49,155 nucleotides of DNA from Octopus bimaculoides (lineage: Eukaryota). Shown one piece after another: positions 36,351 to 49,155 of this stretch (positions are counted from its first letter, which is position 1; every line of letters starts with the position of its first letter). The stretch spans positions 46,976,709 through 47,025,863 of the forward strand of contig NC_068984.1 in NCBI RefSeq assembly GCF_001194135.2. Reading direction: 5' to 3'. The notes below the pieces were generated by a model that did not search any database, was not told the DNA's origin, and saw only the letters and a program-made list of their open reading frames with translations. Position numbers and translations under genes: made by a program.

Positions 36351-39299
36351 AACAGGCTTTTGAGGAATGCCTGGAGACATTCACGAATAATCAGAGTTTC
36401 TGTGAGCGCGTCAACTATTTTTTTAGACTTGTTACTTGAAAATATATATATGCCTTGTGGGTTTACATACTTATAGTACATTATTTTAAGAGTATATATT
36501 TTTTTGACTATTTTAATCTATTATACTGGTACTTTTCTTTTTATCGTATAATACAATTCCTGTGCGCGCTGTACCATTTCGATAGGGGTTGTCATGTCTT
36601 ATGCACTTGCTGCATTGCTTTAATCACTGTTTTTTCTCTGTGTTTTGGTTACTTTAAGTATTCCTTTTTACTATATATTTCAAATGTTGAATTTCTTTAT
36701 TCAGTAAATAATGAGTAGATGGGAATATCAATGTCGCTATGTGTAGGCATTTTACGTCCGCGATTTAAATAGGAAAGTGTCCAGTTGTAATCTATGAAAG
36801 TAAAGTATCTCTTACTTTCTGTCTGACTGGTCATGTCTTCAAAAAGTATTTTTACATTGCATGGAGTCTTATTGACAATTTTACATCTCATCAATTTGTC
36901 GGAATATTCTTTTCTGCCAATAAGATTAAATTTTCGGTATATACAATAATTGTATCCAATTTTACTACACTTCGTTTTATTTTCTCTGCATACAATGAGC
37001 GTAGGTCCTAGGGACAGGGAATGACCACTAAACTTATAAAATTTACGATTTGGCCGTTCATTTTTGTAAGGATTATTTTGTCTTTTTCTCTTGATTTTTA
37101 TTATTCTGTCGAGTTATGTGTAACATAACTGTCATCAACTGTTTTTATGTGAAGAAATGTTTAACCTTTATTGTGGCATCTAATGTTAGCCAGAGTAGAC
37201 ATATATTCCGTTATGTATTATAGTGCCTTAAAATTGTTCTTTGTAGCAATCACATGCAAACTCGTACTTTATGTCACTAATATATCAACTGGATTCTTCA
37301 AATACAGCTCCTTTCCCAATAAATGATCATTAGTAGACTTTACGTGTGTTTACACGGCTTTTTCTGTCTTATTAACATGATGTATATTATATATNNNNNN
37401 NNNNNNNNNNNNNNNNNNNNNNNNNNNNNNNNNNNNNNNNNNNNNNNNNNNNNNNNNNNNNNNNNNNNNNNNNNNNNNNNNNNNNNNNNNNNNNNNNNNN
37501 TATATATATATCAACAGTTTTAGAGTTTATATTGAACATTTTTATGAATTTTGTCAGATGATGATTTGATGTGATTCGAAATGTCACCACGTGACAATAC
37601 AATACGCACACACACACACACACACGCACGCGAGCACGCGCACACACACACACACACATCCACACACACACACAAACACATACATACACACATACATACA
37701 TACACACACATATGTATATATGACTACAGACATACATGTATATGTATCGCACAAACACGCGCGCACACTCATACGCACCCCCCTCATATACACACATACA
37801 CATAAATCTATAATCATACATACAACCTTATATAAATAGAATTAAAGACACTATGTATTGCAGCAATGAGCTAGTAATCACCAAATCAAAATGTAAGGAA
37901 TTAAAGTTTAAATAAAGGAACACAAAATAACGTATACAGAAAAGATATGACTTAGCACAACTAGAAATACATGCACATCACTTACAACATATACACATCA
38001 CTTACAACAAATACAACCAACATTAAAACAGAATTGTATGAAACGAACTGAATTGCAGCAATTGCATTGATATCAACTAAGCCAGGAAGTATTCATACGA
38101 AGAACGAAAACAACAAAAGGCATAAAAATGGAGCAATAATTATATAAAAACCGCAATAACAATAAAGATAGAACAACGTCAATTAGTTTTAAGTGAATTA
38201 TCAATATTGTTCTTGTTATTATTGTTGTTGATGTTGTTATTGTTATTGCTGTTATCATTAGTTGTAGTAGTAGTACTACTACACCTGCTATTGTAAGTTG
38301 ATTGATTGTGTGGCTTCCTCATTATCGATAATACACTGTTTAAAGCGGTTAATGAGGACTGATATATTGAAATATTGTTTCTTGTTCTAATGAATTGAGT
38401 TTAATGGCGCTGTTTTATAGATTGAGACGTAGCAATATAAGGAAGTGTGGGTGATGTTACGGCTTGTTCTCTACTAGTTAGGGGCTATGTTGGAAGTGAT
38501 TTTATTAGGCATGTTCCAAATTTCTTTCGTGGATGTATTTGAACCATTTACTACTTGATTAGTACTTATTTTACCGATGGCGGAAGTATCTAAGGCATAA
38601 GAAGCCTCGTGATACTTTAATAGAATCCTACGTTTATCTTAGATTTTCGGTTTCATTGACTGGGCTGGGGTTCATTTTTAACTTTTAGTTATGAGAAAAA
38701 CAATGTCCATGACCCGCTCAATCACCTCTTAGATTCTTAGAAAGGAGAGAAGGACGCAGCCACAAAACAGAAGCCTGACCTGAATGCTTGCAGATTTCGA
38801 TAAAGATGCTTAGGGTGCCTAGTTGCTGTACCATATCACTAGCTGTTGGTGAATATGCTGGCAGTTTTATGATAGAGTTTATTGGCTTGCAATTAGTATA
38901 TGCTTACTAATTATCGGCATATGGCTGACGATATAGTCAACATCACAGATAGAACCAAAATCACAAGCTAGGGTAAAGATTTACAATGCTATTTCCCTGC
39001 CTTTCCGATATATTTAATGATATTTTTGATTATATGAATAGTTCTATTAATGAAATCAATTGATGGAATACTTATAATAGAGTCTCTTGATATATTAATA
39101 CTAGTAGTCACTATGATATTGGTGATAGTAATGTTTGAAATAATTCCTTTTGTTATGATGTTATAATGACGTTAATGGTGGTGCTAATATCGTTCTTCTG
39201 TGGTGACAGTGATATAGTAGGTTTCGATAGTAGGTATCGTTTGGTAGCTTAGTATAGTTGTTGCAAGAGCATTAACAGTGTTACTGTGTATTGGTGGAA

Positions 39300-39800
39300 G
39301 TTTTTAAATATAGGATAGTTTCACTGGCAAAATTAATATAATGATTGTATAGCGTGTTCACGATATTTGTCTTGCTTCAGATTTAACCTCATTTTCATGT
39401 TCTTGGTTTGATGTTTCTCGGGATTTACCAACGACTAAGCCTATCCAATATTTGGTCCTCATGTGTTACTTCATGTTCGTGATATGTGTGTGAGTAACTA
39501 TTTATCTGAGTTGAATGTAAATAAATACTTCTTTCAGTATGATGTTATCGGACATCAAACACTTGTTTTTAATATTTGATCATCATTGTTTTAATACTAA
39601 TCCAGACTATAATGGATGAGTATTGCAATAGCAGTTAAGTGTGACCATCTTTGGAATTGTCATTACCTATTCATCTTCATGAAGATCTGTCTTCATGGAG
39701 GAATATATGAAGAAACGCATTCCATCCATAAATAACCATGCTGATTTATTTTCTGGCAGTGATCTCCATTAGCCAGCCTGACCTAATTTCATATTAATCA
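39300..39800 (-). mobile_element. Old Penelope-like GIY-YIG remnant
   Basis: NKCLMSDNI..ITNMK*HMRTKYWIGLVVGKS-RNIKPR resembles the CxxC..T.N++Y.+.C..C...Y+G+T pattern of PLE endonucleases. Confidence 0.35.
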
Positions 39801-40937
39801 CAATCCAGTAAATGGAGGCGTTATAGCTGTTTTTGCACACGTGATGTTCACCTATGTTGATGTTCTCTGTATGTAGTTAGTATTTCGGTTTAAGTGATTT
39901 TGTTTATTTGTATGCGGTCTCCGTTATGTTCTTGTGTTTTATTACAATTGAAACTGGGCAGTCAGAATAGGGCGACCGGGCAAATGAATCTTACAAATAT
40001 CGGTTGATTATCATTTATGTACGATATGATTCTCTAGTGAAGGGTGTTCCGATCTAGAACATACTGCATTTCAGGCTACAATATATAATGTATTCTAACT
40101 TCCCAGTAGCTTGAGGTTTGAGGCAGATATTGCTGGTATTACTAGTAAGCCAATCTACTGCATGATCGCCTTCATTGTCTCGTACTATACAAGTTATGTA
40201 AACTTTTCTATAATGTTCACTGTGCATTTATACGTAAATTACGTGTGTGAATTCATTTGTTTGTACACGGGTGTGCATTTTTCTATATGTGTGAGATGTA
40301 TAAATAAACATATAATTTAAAAGATGCCAGTTTATAGATTTTTTTCTTTAGTTCATTGTTTATGCAAGAACAAATAAGAACTTTGAATCTAAGATATTTT
40401 ATCAGCTAATTTATACCAATTCATGAAAAAATATTGACTATTTCTACAGTAAACATTTGCCACTTTTCAAAACATTTATTCATCAATTGCACAAATTAGT
40501 GTAGCGGTAATTATTTTACTCCCTTAACCATAATTGTTGCTTTCGTGCTATCCCTCGATGTTTGAATATTTTATATGTTCATATGACACATATATTTACA
40601 TTTTTGTTTCTTTTAAATTTTGCGAAGATTTCTCTGCTTAAAAAATGTTAAAATATATTGTAATTTTTAACTTTTTGCAATTACTCATTTCCATTGTTTG
40701 TCTTATTTATTGGTATTTTTTTTCACCTCATTCTAATTCGAAAATGATTTTTTTTTTTTTTATTGACGCCTTCTTTGAAAAATACATTTATTTATTGCTG
40801 CTGCTTACAGTTGATTTTTCCCCACACTGTTTCCTTATTAATTCTTTTCTAACTATTGAATTCATGCAGTTTGATTTATTACCGATGTTTGTTTATACAT
40901 ATCAATTGCAGATACGCAAACAGATAAGCAACTAACA

Positions 40938-40981
<44 letters not shown>

Positions 40982-41903
40982 CATCCTTATATATATATAT
41001 ATATATATGTATATAAATATGTATGTAGGTAGGTAGTTGCTAGGTAGGTAGGTAACATCTTGTACTGAAAATAATATAGTGCTTCAAAAGAATTCAATGT
41101 CCATGATGACAACGACAAACCGCTCGTTAGCTTCTCTAATTACAGTGCTTTTTGGTTTTCGGTTCCTAGATAATTTCCTATTGCTTTCAACTAGTTTAGG
41201 ATTTGGATTTGAATTTTAGTAGTTCATCACAAGGGAAGTTGGGTATAAATTTAATTACTTTGTCTTTCAGTATGTATAATTGATTCCTCATTGTTCTCCT
41301 TTTAAAATAATTCTTCTATTCAGTGGAATTTTCTGCGGAACTGTGAGATATTTTCGCAAATTATATAGAAGCTAGTGCATTGTTTTGTTGTAGTGAAGAG
41401 TATGCTGTTTGAGAGGATTTTAACATATTGTGCAGAGTGGATTTTGTATGAAATATAGACATCTTACTGGTTGACGCGTAAGGTTCACATGTATCCACGT
41501 GAAAAGTTCACACGCACACACGTGTAAGGTTCACACATACGGACTGCTTTACACGTGTCAGCTGTGTGTCAATTTCAGTTAGTTAGTTAGGAAAATTGAT
41601 CTTGTAAGTTTCTCTCTCTTCGTACATCTGTATTTCATAGAATTTTATTTGTTGTTATCGTATCCTTTGGAAATTTCGTTCGTTAAGACCATAGCTTGTT
41701 ATCTTTAAGATAAAGTAATCAAAGACATATATAGTCGAAATACATAGAAAAACAAAAGGCGAAAACAAGTGAATGAACAACAAGCAAGTGTATTCGTTTG
41801 ACGCTTGGGAAAAAGAAAAAAAAAAGCTTTTTACGTTTCGTGCCTACGCACTTCAATAGAAAGGAATTAGAGAAAAAAAACTTGCAGATTTCAGCGGTGT
41901 CCA

Positions 41904-41957
<54 letters not shown>

Positions 41958-42029
41958 AACGGATGGGATCTAGATATTTTAAGTATAGAAGACGCTTATA
42001 GCGCTCAAATGATTCAAACTTAGACTTCG

Positions 42030-43000
42030 ATGTCTTTACAGGGGATCAAATCTGCGGGGTAATAAATGGTTGTAAGAGGGATCAAGTACAGCAGATATGG
42101 GGGCAGTTATGCGGATAGAAAATTAAATATATTAGATATATCAGCTTGGGTATGAAATGCAAAATGTTTATATATGTATACATGGAAAACGAAAGAAAGC
42201 AAAACGTGGAAACTTTCAGACAATGAATAATTAAGCATAAATGTATATGTATATTAATGGATCCAACTTACACAGAGTACAAAGGACAGAGAAAATTAAA
42301 GAGGAAGAACGATGCTATAAGTCCAACAGCTGTTTCTGGGGTTCTAAGGTCCATCATAATGTTGGTAGGTGTAGTTTATTACAATATGCAGGGCGTAATG
42401 GAAGTAATCAACGTTGGATGAGACGAGCGTCCGTCATCAGGGTAGAAAACATCTGACATTTCAGATAATGATGTTGAGAAGTTCGAAGGTGAAACACCAT
42501 TACATGCTGAGATTCAGCACTGTTAAATGGAGGAAGTAGGAGGATCAGTGGGGCTATATAGAGTGTTAAGACTGGCAATGTTGAGAAGGGATAAGGGAAT
42601 TAGTTCAGAAACAGAGAGGGAGATTAATAATGAGGGTATTATGGGAGGTGGTAGTAGAGATGGAGATTAGCGAGATAAATGGGAGGACAGGATAGATTGT
42701 AATTGAAGGGTGGTCAGTTGTTGTTGCGTTTCTTTTTAGGTGTCAAAATTTAAGGATAATAGCTAAAGAATTATTGGAAGTTGAGAGAGTGATACGGATG
42801 GCAATTATTTGAGGGAGTGAAAGTGTCTAATTCGATGGTGGAAAGAGATAACTAAGGTATGTAGAAAGGTATGAGAGAAGATAGAGTGAGGTGGATATAG
42901 TGGGGGTAGTGATGAGGTGGATTAGTGGAGGAGGGGAGTACTGGGGTATGCATAGGTGCATGACATTTTAGAGAGGGTGGTAAATAGAGAAGGAGGAAGA
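42030..43000 (-). mobile_element. Old CR1/L2-like LINE endonuclease remnant
   Basis: IASLN (GDFN-like)..LITSI..PT..KQLLDL occur in the expected order; C-rich strand skew. Confidence 0.3.
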
Positions 43001-43028
43001 AGTTGATAGCTTAGTAGCTACTTGAGTG

Positions 43029-43073
<45 letters not shown>

Positions 43074-43119
43074 GCAACGTAATTAGAGAAGCTGATTAGA
43101 TGAATGTCGTAGTCATTAT

Positions 43120-43157
<38 letters not shown>

Positions 43158-43352
43158 CACTCTGGTGTATGAATCTCCGAGGGAAATATATTCGGTATAA
43201 TCATCATTAACTGATTCTCCTTCATTTTCTGTTACCCAAAGTCGGGAACTTTTCAGCACCACCCTTGTGTATACATGTACATTATTAGCGACGGAAAAAA
43301 ATATTGGTTCAGAATGTACATGCTTATACATAAATATGTGTGTGTGTGTGTG

Positions 43353-43392
<40 letters not shown>

Positions 43393-43428
43393 TGTNNNNN
43401 NNNNNTGTGTGTGTGTGTGTGTATGTGT

Positions 43429-43471
<43 letters not shown>

Positions 43472-43507
43472 TGAGTGAGTGCATACGTACAAACATATAA
43501 ACATACC

Positions 43508-43905
43508 TTATTTACATTATTTACATTTGACGGATATTTGTCCTCATCATGTTTGGAATCTTAACCACTATGTCATATGCCCACGGGCATATGGGATAGT
43601 GGTTAAGAGCGTGGGCAACTAACACTAAGATTCCGAGTTCGATTCCANNNNNNNNNNGGCAACTAACACTAAGATTCCGAGTTCGATTCCAGGCTGTGAC
43701 CTGAATAATAATGATAATAATAATAATAATAATTACATTGAAAAATACCTTAGGAATGTGAACCCCAGGTTCAAAATTTCCCCAAGACACCTAATGAAAG
43801 CTGGAGGGTATATCAGACGAAACGTTGTGTGAACAACAAAGGAGATGAGGATAAATATCAGTAAAATGTAAATAATGTAAATAATTCCTCATCTCTTAAA
43901 TATAG
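43508..43905 (+). mobile_element. Solo tRNA-head/(AAT)n/hammerhead unit with an internally deleted head-to-head partner
   Basis: Same unit as the terminal repeats at 15500/17581 but without an ORF. A 48 bp palindrome spans 43560-43607. The hammerhead core is mutated (CTAATGA, 43791). Confidence 0.8.
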
Positions 43906-43924
43906 AAATGTATATAAACATACG

Positions 43925-44185
43925 AAGGAGCAAATATTTAAGAAAAAGTGGATGTGGATTGGTAGCACAATTAGAAAAGACACCAAATGTAGCGAAAAAT
44001 GCTTTACAATGGATATAGAAAGAAAGGTAAGCCTAAGAACTCGTGGCGTAGATGAGCACAAAAGGAACTAGAGAAAAGGGGGACATTCATGGCAGAGTAT
44101 AAATACAGAAGCGAAAAATTATGCGACTTGGAATTCAATTGTAAGTGGCCTATGCTCCGCGTTGGAGGGTTAAAGGCAAGGAGGA
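43925..44185 (+). mobile_element. RTE-clade LINE 3' end
   Basis: KKKWMWIGSTIRK..ALQW..KGKPKNSWRR..ELEKRGHSWQ..EAKN..W..IVSGLCS. Confidence 0.65.
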
Positions 44186-44624
44186 ATACAAACATACGTA
44201 CGTTTATTCATGCATACATATGAACATACATAAATATCATTTGTACTGATTTCAGTTGCCACTGGTTACAGCCATCACTACAAATTTATCCGAGATGGAT
44301 CATCGCTGACAACTCCAAAATTGTCGCTTATTGAGGAGAATCATTTTCGATACCTTGCTGTGTCAATCAAGACCTACAACTGTGCAGATGATTTCAGAGA
44401 AATTAATGGAATTTTGTATTTGTTTATTTAGTGACATGTTCTCATTTCATGTAAATCAAGCAGTGTGGAATTAAACAGCTTTTAGCAGTGCAGCTTCGAA
44501 ATTAGCGGATCATTAGAAACACGTGGCGCAGCTGATAATATATCTTCTCACTGAGACACAAGCCGGGAGGCGTAGTAGGCCTTGGGAATGGTGTTTCATG
44601 TCCTCGACACACACTACTGCTAAT

Positions 44625-45023
44625 GTTGTTGTTGTTGTTGTTGTTGTTGGCACTCCTTCGCTTACGACGTCGAGAGTTCCATTTGATTCGATCAACGGAA
44701 CAGCCTGCTCGTGAAATTAACGTGCAAGTGGCTGAGCACTCCACAGACACGTGTACCCTTAACGTAGTTCTCGGGAATATTCAGTGTAACACAGTGTGAC
44801 AAGGCTGACCCTTTGAATTACAGGCACAACAGAAACAGGAAGTAAGAGTGAGAGAAAGTCGTGGTGAAAGAGTACAGCAGGGTTCGCCACCATCCCCTGC
44901 CGGAGCCAAGTGGAGCTTTAGGTGGTTTCGCTCAATAAACGCTCACAACGCCCGGTCTGAGAATCGAAACCGCGATCCTATGACCGTGAGTCCGCTGCCC
45001 TAACCATTGGGCCATTGCGCCTC
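44625..45023 (-). mobile_element. Full-length tRNA-derived SINE with (CAA)n tail and 15 bp TSD
   Basis: A box TGGCCCAATGG and B-box-like GGTTTCGATTCTC on the minus strand. Perfect TSD CACACTACTGCTAAT at 44610-44624 and 45024-45038. Confidence 0.9.
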
Positions 45024-45566
45024 CACACTACTGCTAATACGATGCCTAGATATCTAGTGTATTCTAATAAAAGTTCAGGCGCCTTGACTTTATCTTACGA
45101 CAGTAAATATTGTCCATGGATGAGAGAGTGAGTGTGATGTGCAAGCAATACTTCTTTACTTTTAAGAAACGCTTGCTCTAAATCTACCACGTGTGGCTAG
45201 AAAGTAAGATTGCGTTGCACATACACTTACATTTTTATTTATTCTCTGAGGTTTCAGTTGATTTGTTTGAAAGCAGACTTTTGTATTATAGAGCTCTTAC
45301 ATACTCGCATGGGCCCCCGTAATTGGATTCTAATGTCTTAAAGTGTGCACTTTCAATCGGAAAGCTGACAACCTGGCCAGACCTTAAGGACACAGAACGC
45401 TTGTGTCACATAGCCAACTGGAAACGATGTTTCCTGGGGTTAAATAGCAGTAACATTCTTCCCTTTCCTGGTACTGTCACATTAAGTCAGCAACGATCTA
45501 TCAACTTATCGTGCTGTTACTGAATAAGTCTCGCTGAGAGATTTAGAAATGCAATATTTCTAATTA

Positions 45567-45636
<70 letters not shown>

Positions 45637-47000
45637 TCGTACTGGTTTACGTATTTTTGTATTTGGACTGAATTGAAGCAACTATGAATGATATGCTGCA
45701 TACGATCACGATTGTTTTGATCAGTAAGATTTTGAAAGTGTTTGCTCATTAAATGTTCGAAGATCAGATTTACTTTTTCTCTTGGACAAGTTCCAACTAG
45801 AAACCAAGATTTTCTTGCAAGTGATATTTTAAGACGTCAATCTTTGCAGGTCAATAGGTCGCTGTATTTATCTATCTTATTGACTCCATAACCTTGCAAC
45901 AATATATTCTTTTAAGTTGTGATAAAATTACATTAAATATTGGATTCTTACAAGCACATGAAATATGTAAAAAGAATTTTATCTCTGTTATTCATTAGAT
46001 TCGTTTTTTTCTTTTGGCTCCTATATGGAAGTGCGAGTGAGTGTATGTGAATATGAATGTTTGTATGTGAGTATGTTTGCGTAAAACCGTATTTTTATAT
46101 TCTGTATGTGAATATTTCATATATTCTGTGGTTATGTAGGTAGATTTCAGCTATTTTTTTAATACTAACATTTTTATATGCATGATGTTCTGTGTATTGT
46201 AGGTATTTTTGAATGGATGCCTCTCTACGTTGTTTTTATATATCTTTAAGATGGTGATTTTTATTTCAATATGTGGTTGTTTTAAATTTATTAAATTATT
46301 AAGCAAACGTATCGGACACGGAAGTGAAGTGACGGAATCCGTAATACAACAAACTAAATGACTTGTGTTATGCAGTTATGTTCTGGTTTCAAGTTCGGCC
46401 ATTCCTGAATGTTGCTTCTATTTCAAAGTGTCATTAAGTCGAGCAATTGTAATGTTGTTCCTGTCCAGTTCATCCTTCGTTGATCAAATCCTTAATAGCA
46501 TTCTGGACATAACTATGTAATATGTTGTGGAGTGGATGGCATTTAAGAGCTCATTAGCCAATGGTGTTTCCTCACACAGCAGGGAAGGGAAAATATTGTC
46601 AGAGATTTGAGGATATTCTCTCATAGGCTGAAACCCACCCTTGGAATTTCTTGCAAGTGTGCAGCAAGACACTATTGGCAGACTTGGGATAATGTAAGAA
46701 ATGCGTTTAACACACCATCCTATCAAGATGGACAAATATTGGAGATAGATTATTTATCATGGAACTAACTAGATTGTAGTTTTGGTTTTGCTCATCTGCA
46801 TTTTGCGTTCAGGCTTCACAGGTTCTCTCCTTTGGTTTCTTTACTCTCCGGACAAGATCAGTACGCACCATTATATATTTAATGCAAATCGGATGAGTGT
46901 TACATAAATGATACAGCTCTACCGTATATATTGGGTAGCATTTTGTTTCTAGTCATTTTCACTGAAACCTCAATAAACATGTCTTTCCATAATGTATTCT

Positions 47001-47074
<74 letters not shown>
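47001..47074. repeat. (GTA)n microsatellite
   Basis: Visible run; explains the poly-V and poly-T ORFs. Confidence 0.95.
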
Positions 47075-47574
47075 TGTTAAGGCCCTGGATACTTCTTCAT
47101 ATGTAGATCGAATTATCTTCATCTGTGTATTACATTTTGGAAGAATTTGGACATATCTGGATGTCCAATTTCCCTGCGCTGAAAAGTGTTTCGTGTTAAT
47201 TATTCCATTTTCCCATAGTTTATATAACAAGGATTATTCGATTCTCCTTCATGACCATTTATGCATGCATATATTAACTACTAGTGGATTATATTTTGTA
47301 TATAAAAAAGTGGGGAGCAATTTCTAGCAGGTCGAGTTCCATTGATATCAAACATACCTGAAAGAAAACTGCCAATGATCGGGTGTTGTTAAATCGATAG
47401 ATAAGATAATCTTCCCAATACAAATAACAAAAATCCTTCATAGTTGCCTGGATATTACTTGACAAATGTTGCAGATAAATTGTAGGTGTACTTAGTCGAA
47501 TCTCACTCCAAGTAGAAGCTTCCAGTTGCATAAAAAACTCCCCACACAAAATTTCTCCTACGAAAAGGCTGGTG

Positions 47575-47608
<34 letters not shown>

Positions 47609-48057
47609 NNNNNNNNNNNNNNNNNNNNNNNNNNNNNNNNNNNNNNNNNNNNNNNNNNNNNNNNNNNNNNNNNNNNNNNNNNNNNNNNNNNNNNNNNNNN
47701 NNNNNNNNNNNNNNNNNNNNNNNNNNNNNNNNNNNNNNNNNNNNNNNNNNNNNNNNNNNNNNNNNNNNNNNNNNNNNNNNNNNNNNNNNNNNNNNNNNNN
47801 NNNNNNNNNNNNNNNNNNNNNNNNNNNNNNNNNNNNNNNNNNNNNNNNNNNNNNNNNNNNNNNNNNNNNNNNNNNNNNNNNNNNNNNNNNNNNNNNNNNN
47901 NNNNNNNNNNNNNNNNNNNNNNNNNNNNNNNNNNNNNNNNNNNNNNNNNNNNNNNNNNNNNNNNNNNNNNNNNNNNNNNNNNNNNNNNNNNNNNNNNNNN
48001 NNNNNNNNNNNNNNNNNNNNNNNNNNNNNNNNNNNNNNNNNNNNNNNNNNNNNNNNN

Positions 48058-48187
48058 TTTCTTCCTTTCGGGGTCGATAAATTAAGTACCAGTTATGCAC
48101 TGAGGTCGATGTAATCGACTTAATCCCTTTGTCTGTCCTTGTTTGTCCCCTCTGTGTTTAGCCCCTTGTGGGCAAAAAAGAAATAAA
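48058..48187 (+). mobile_element. OR-like SINE 3' part (5' end lost in gap)
   Basis: CCTTTCGGGGTCGATAAATTAAGTACCAG..GGTCGATGTAATCGACTT..CCCCTTGTGGGC. Confidence 0.8.
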
Positions 48188-48380
48188 CGTTAGCACGCCG
48201 GACGAAATCCTTAGTGGTATTTCGTCTATCTTTACGTTCTGAGTTCAAATTCCGCTGAGGTCGACTTTCATCCTTTCGGGGTCGATAAATTAAATACCAG
48301 TAGCGCACTAGGGTCGATCTAATCGACTTTCTCCCTTCCCAAAAATGTCGGGCCTTGTGCCTAGAGTAGAAAAGAATATT
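48188..48380 (+). mobile_element. OR-like SINE with a different 3' tail
   Basis: CGTTAGCACGCCGGACGAAAT..TTCTGAGTTCAAATTCCGC..CCTTTCGGGGTCGATAAATT..GGGCCTTGTGCCTAGAGTAGAAAAG. Confidence 0.8.
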
Positions 48381-48971
48381 TATACTTCTCCTTACAATCA
48401 TGCATACGCAGACATACTTTGTGATTTTGGTTATATCTTTGAATGCAGTAGCACTCACACTTGCAGTTATAGTGATATGTTCACTTTTTATTTTTATTAT
48501 TGATTTCTGAATTGGCACACATACTTGTGCATATGCGTGAATCTAATTAACACAGCATGCATACAGGAACACACACAAGAACACACACACACGCAAAAAC
48601 ACATACACACACATACACATCCGTTATTCTCGTGTAAACTGCACTTACAAATCTACTCCTCTCGGAAACATTGCAACACTGTAGATAATTTTCTTCTTAT
48701 TCACTTTTAAAATTTAAACCATTTATACAAAGTATTTTCGAAAAGAAAATTTGAAATGTTTCGTATAAGATGCAGATGTATCATCGCAACCCAAGTAAGA
48801 TTAAACAAAAATAGTTGAAACACTATATATGATATATGTCTATATAGTTGATCAGATACATGCATCATATATAGCTACATATATATACATATATATATAT
48901 ATATTTTCGTAAACTTATCCTCCGACGCTACTCTATCTCTTTCTCTTTCTCTTTCCTTTCTCCCCCCCCTC

Positions 48972-49084
48972 GTTCTTCCTCTATACTACTACGTATCTCG
49001 CCTTACCCCTCTTGTTCTTCCTCTGTACTACTACGTATCTCGCCTTACCCCTCTTGTTCTTCCTCTGTTACTACTACGTATCTC
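48972..49084. repeat. 42 bp minisatellite, about 2.7 copies
   Basis: Unit GTTCTTCCTCT(A/G)TACTACTACGTATCTCGCCTTACCCCTCTT. Confidence 0.9.
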
Positions 49085-49155
49085 TTTTTTCCCCCTCGTA
49101 TTTCCTCTTTTTCTTTTATCCTCTCGTTGCTCACCATTCTTCTACTTCCTCCCTC

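Noticed and set aside
38900-39760. GPCR-like GN..AD and W.FMD motifs on the minus strand
   Set aside because: Part is better explained as a Penelope GIY-YIG remnant and the rest is not co-linear.
41464-41560. Cluster of CACGTG-like E-boxes
   Set aside because: Lies in a degenerate (CA/CG)-derived minisatellite, with no independent evidence of regulation.
46480-46740. ISYIIPSLPIVSCC (TM5-like) and SRMLL
   Set aside because: A DRM motif occurs a few codons upstream in another frame at an impossible spacing, showing such motifs arise by chance here.
48972-49084. Regular repeats superficially like a CRISPR array
   Set aside because: The units are contiguous with no spacers and the context is eukaryotic; it is an ordinary minisatellite.

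Overview
Eukaryotic, AT-rich, gapped draft-scaffold window. It is very likely Octopus, inferred from the extreme microsatellite load and from SINE families I recognise from memory as octopus OK/OR types (not database-verified). I see no intact protein-coding gene, rRNA, true tRNA gene or CRISPR array. Most of the supplied ORFs are microsatellite or N-gap artefacts. Large gaps lie at 364-641, 9004-9580, 15753-16658, 22666-22847 and 47609-48057. The identifiable content is mainly decayed mobile DNA: a Penelope-like element (RT + GIY-YIG), RTE, CR1-like and Dong/R4 LINE fragments, an internally deleted Tc1/mariner, a MITE and about 10 tRNA-derived SINEs. Three observations stand out. (1) The Penelope element is bracketed by inverted terminal repeats built as tRNA-like Pol III head + (AAT)n + minimal hammerhead ribozyme, and a solo palindromic copy of the same unit occurs at 43.5-43.9 kb. 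(2) Several 'unique' stretches read as frameshifted relics of rhodopsin-class, FMRFamide-receptor-like GPCR genes; these are manual inferences with a real risk of over-fitting. (3) A clean in-frame (TAACCC)n insertion sits inside a LINE ORF.
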